Shown piece after piece: positions 62,263 through 64,000 of a stretch of 64,000 nt of DNA; the stretch's first letter is position 1; each line of letters begins with the position of its first letter. A model generated the notes under the pieces. The model had not been told where the DNA came from and did not search any database. It worked only from the letters and a program-made list of their open reading frames with translations. Made by a program: the position numbers and the translations under genes. Source of the stretch: Perkinsus chesapeaki ATCC PRA-425. Taxonomy: Eukaryota; Protista; Perkinsozoa. The DNA lies in contig JAAPAO010000034.1 of assembly GCA_013115145.1 (NCBI GenBank), positions 1-64,000 of the forward strand. Reading direction: 5' to 3'.

Positions 62263-63672
62263 TTACTCCTGCTTGACCTTCTTCTCTTCTTCACCTTTCA
62301 AGCCTTTATCGGCTATCATCTGTTTAAGCTCACCATCGCGGTACATCGAGGACTGAGAATATAGTTACTAAAATGATAATAAGGTTATGTATTACAATAA
62401 TATCATAGCCACCGAGGAACTCTCCGTCAACATACAGCTGAGGGATCGTCGGCCAATCCGAGTACTTCTTTACACCTAATAAAGGTATGCAAACACCACG
62501 CTTTACCACACTACACTGCTCATGGAGACTGATGATAGGTAGAGGTTATATAATGACATGGCTAACAATTCCTTTGTGTGTATTATACAGCATAACCAAA
62601 GAGCAATCTTACTTTGACCGGCCAGTATTGGATTAGCGCTGTATAGGGTTAATGAACTACTAGTGAAAAGCTGGGCTGAACTCTATGTAGAAGTAATGTT
62701 ATATGGCAGAAAGGATACTGTATACTTGTTATATTGTTGTGATATATAATCGAGAGCTATATTATCAATACAATTCTAAACCAACGATACCAGCTTGCCG
62801 CTAAAGTTGTTTTGTAAGTTAAGCTGCTGGCATCACAATTCATCTGCAGCATCACAGGTGGAGGAGAAAACAGTAAAGGACAGAAAACTGTATGGGAAAA
62901 AGTGGCAGTCAGACATAACTCGGAATCTTTTCGCGTTGGTATCACCACCTCACAGCCCTGTAGTAAGGTACACCACAGATACGGTATACTGTAAAGTGTT
63001 TATGAAGCCGATTAGTACCTTCCCTAACAGCATCCGATTTAAGTACATCAACATAAGTAAAGTCATTGAGCCCTTCGGCACTGAGGACGGCACACTAAGA
63101 AATAAGAATGCAAGCTATGAAAGGCCAAGAGGATCTTACCACTGCTTTGGAGAAGCCACATTTTGGGGCAGCTGGGCAGCCTTTCATAAAGAGAACAACA
63201 CGATTGTCATGGACAAGCTTGTTGATCTTATCTTGAACCTGATAAGGCAGCTGGGACTAATAGTAGAGGAGGAAGGAGCGGTACGTCCTCATCTGGCTGG
63301 ATCTTGGTCTTGGGGGCAAAATCCTGACATACATAACTACCAAACAACCTCGAATGAATCTTGCCGGAACTTACAATAAAACGTAAAAGAAAAAGAACAG
63401 AACAACTTCATATAGGAAATCTCAATATTTTTTGTTGTTGATTATTTATAAAATCTAGTAATCCGCGTAACTAGCAGATCGGTCCTTACCGGATCGCTTC
63501 CCTCGTTCGTCGCTGTGGCGAAGAACCTGTTGTACCTCGTGGTCGGTTGGAATGCTGCAAAGGTCGGTCGCTGTGATATGAACTGAGCTCTCGGAGCTGC
63601 TGTTGAGGCGGCAGCTCTCCAAAGAGCACCTGTTGCTGCGGAACGTAGGGCGAATTGAGGGACTGGAAGCAT
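62263..63672 (-). CDS. GLRX5: Mitochondrial monothiol glutaredoxin (CGFS type)
   Basis: Ala/Arg-rich presequence; [57 protein letters not shown]. Confidence 0.95.
62600..62715 (-). repeat. Dispersed intronic repeat, copy B (glutaredoxin intron 62476-63018)
   Basis: See copy A. Confidence 0.75.
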
Positions 63673-64000
63673 TGGGGCAAGGAAAACGATGTGCTGCTAT
63701 TTATTAGTGATATACCAATTTGACCGGATTGATGACTCCAGATATCTAGTGGGCTTTTTAGCCTCCTAACAGTGAAGCGGTTCGATTCTGCTCTAAAAAG
63801 GTCTTCTTATGAATCTCAAGAATGATGTTCCGAATAAGTCAGACGGGTACAGATTGAGGTACTTTTCATAGTTGTCACCCCGCAGCAGTGGATGGCACTA
63901 TGCGCATATCTGCTCTCGCCACTCGGCAGATGGGCGAGAGCAGTAGCCACGCGTTGGGCCTCAATTACCATTAATGGTATCTTTGTTACTTACTTATCGA

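Noticed and set aside
62795-63379. 194-aa plus-strand ORF
   Set aside because: Antisense to the exons and introns of the CGFS glutaredoxin; no recognisable motif.

Overview
Eukaryotic, intron-rich, gene-dense window. Many short (~40-60 nt) GT-AG introns, tandem gene arrays and flagellar genes suggest a Perkinsus-like alveolate (inference, no database search). Contents in order: four GH27 alpha-N-acetylgalactosaminidase/alpha-galactosidase genes interrupted by IFT46; two intronless AAAP amino-acid transporters; ERG4-type sterol reductase; MORN protein; secreted 2OG-Fe(II) oxygenase; small basic orphan; 50-aa secreted cationic peptide; LRRC56; SPCS2; three rhodaneses; multi-TM/LRR/EF-hand protein; SAM synthetase; LYAR; DnaJ; acylated microprotein; CUE protein; ~9 kb gene for a giant, probably GPI-anchored repeat protein; WW/B-box CEP164-like protein; coatomer beta'; nodulin-like MFS; mitochondrial monothiol glutaredoxin. 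Most striking observation: at least five short spliceosomal introns in four unrelated genes consist largely of the 3' part of a tRNA gene (T-arm, 3' acceptor strand, discriminator, T-run), apparently from different tRNAs. Other highlights: an unannotated AMP-like secreted peptide, substrate-loop divergence and conversion-like tracts in the GH27 array, and a repeat shared by two long introns. Exon structures were assembled by eye; multi-exon coordinates are gene spans and some ends are approximate.
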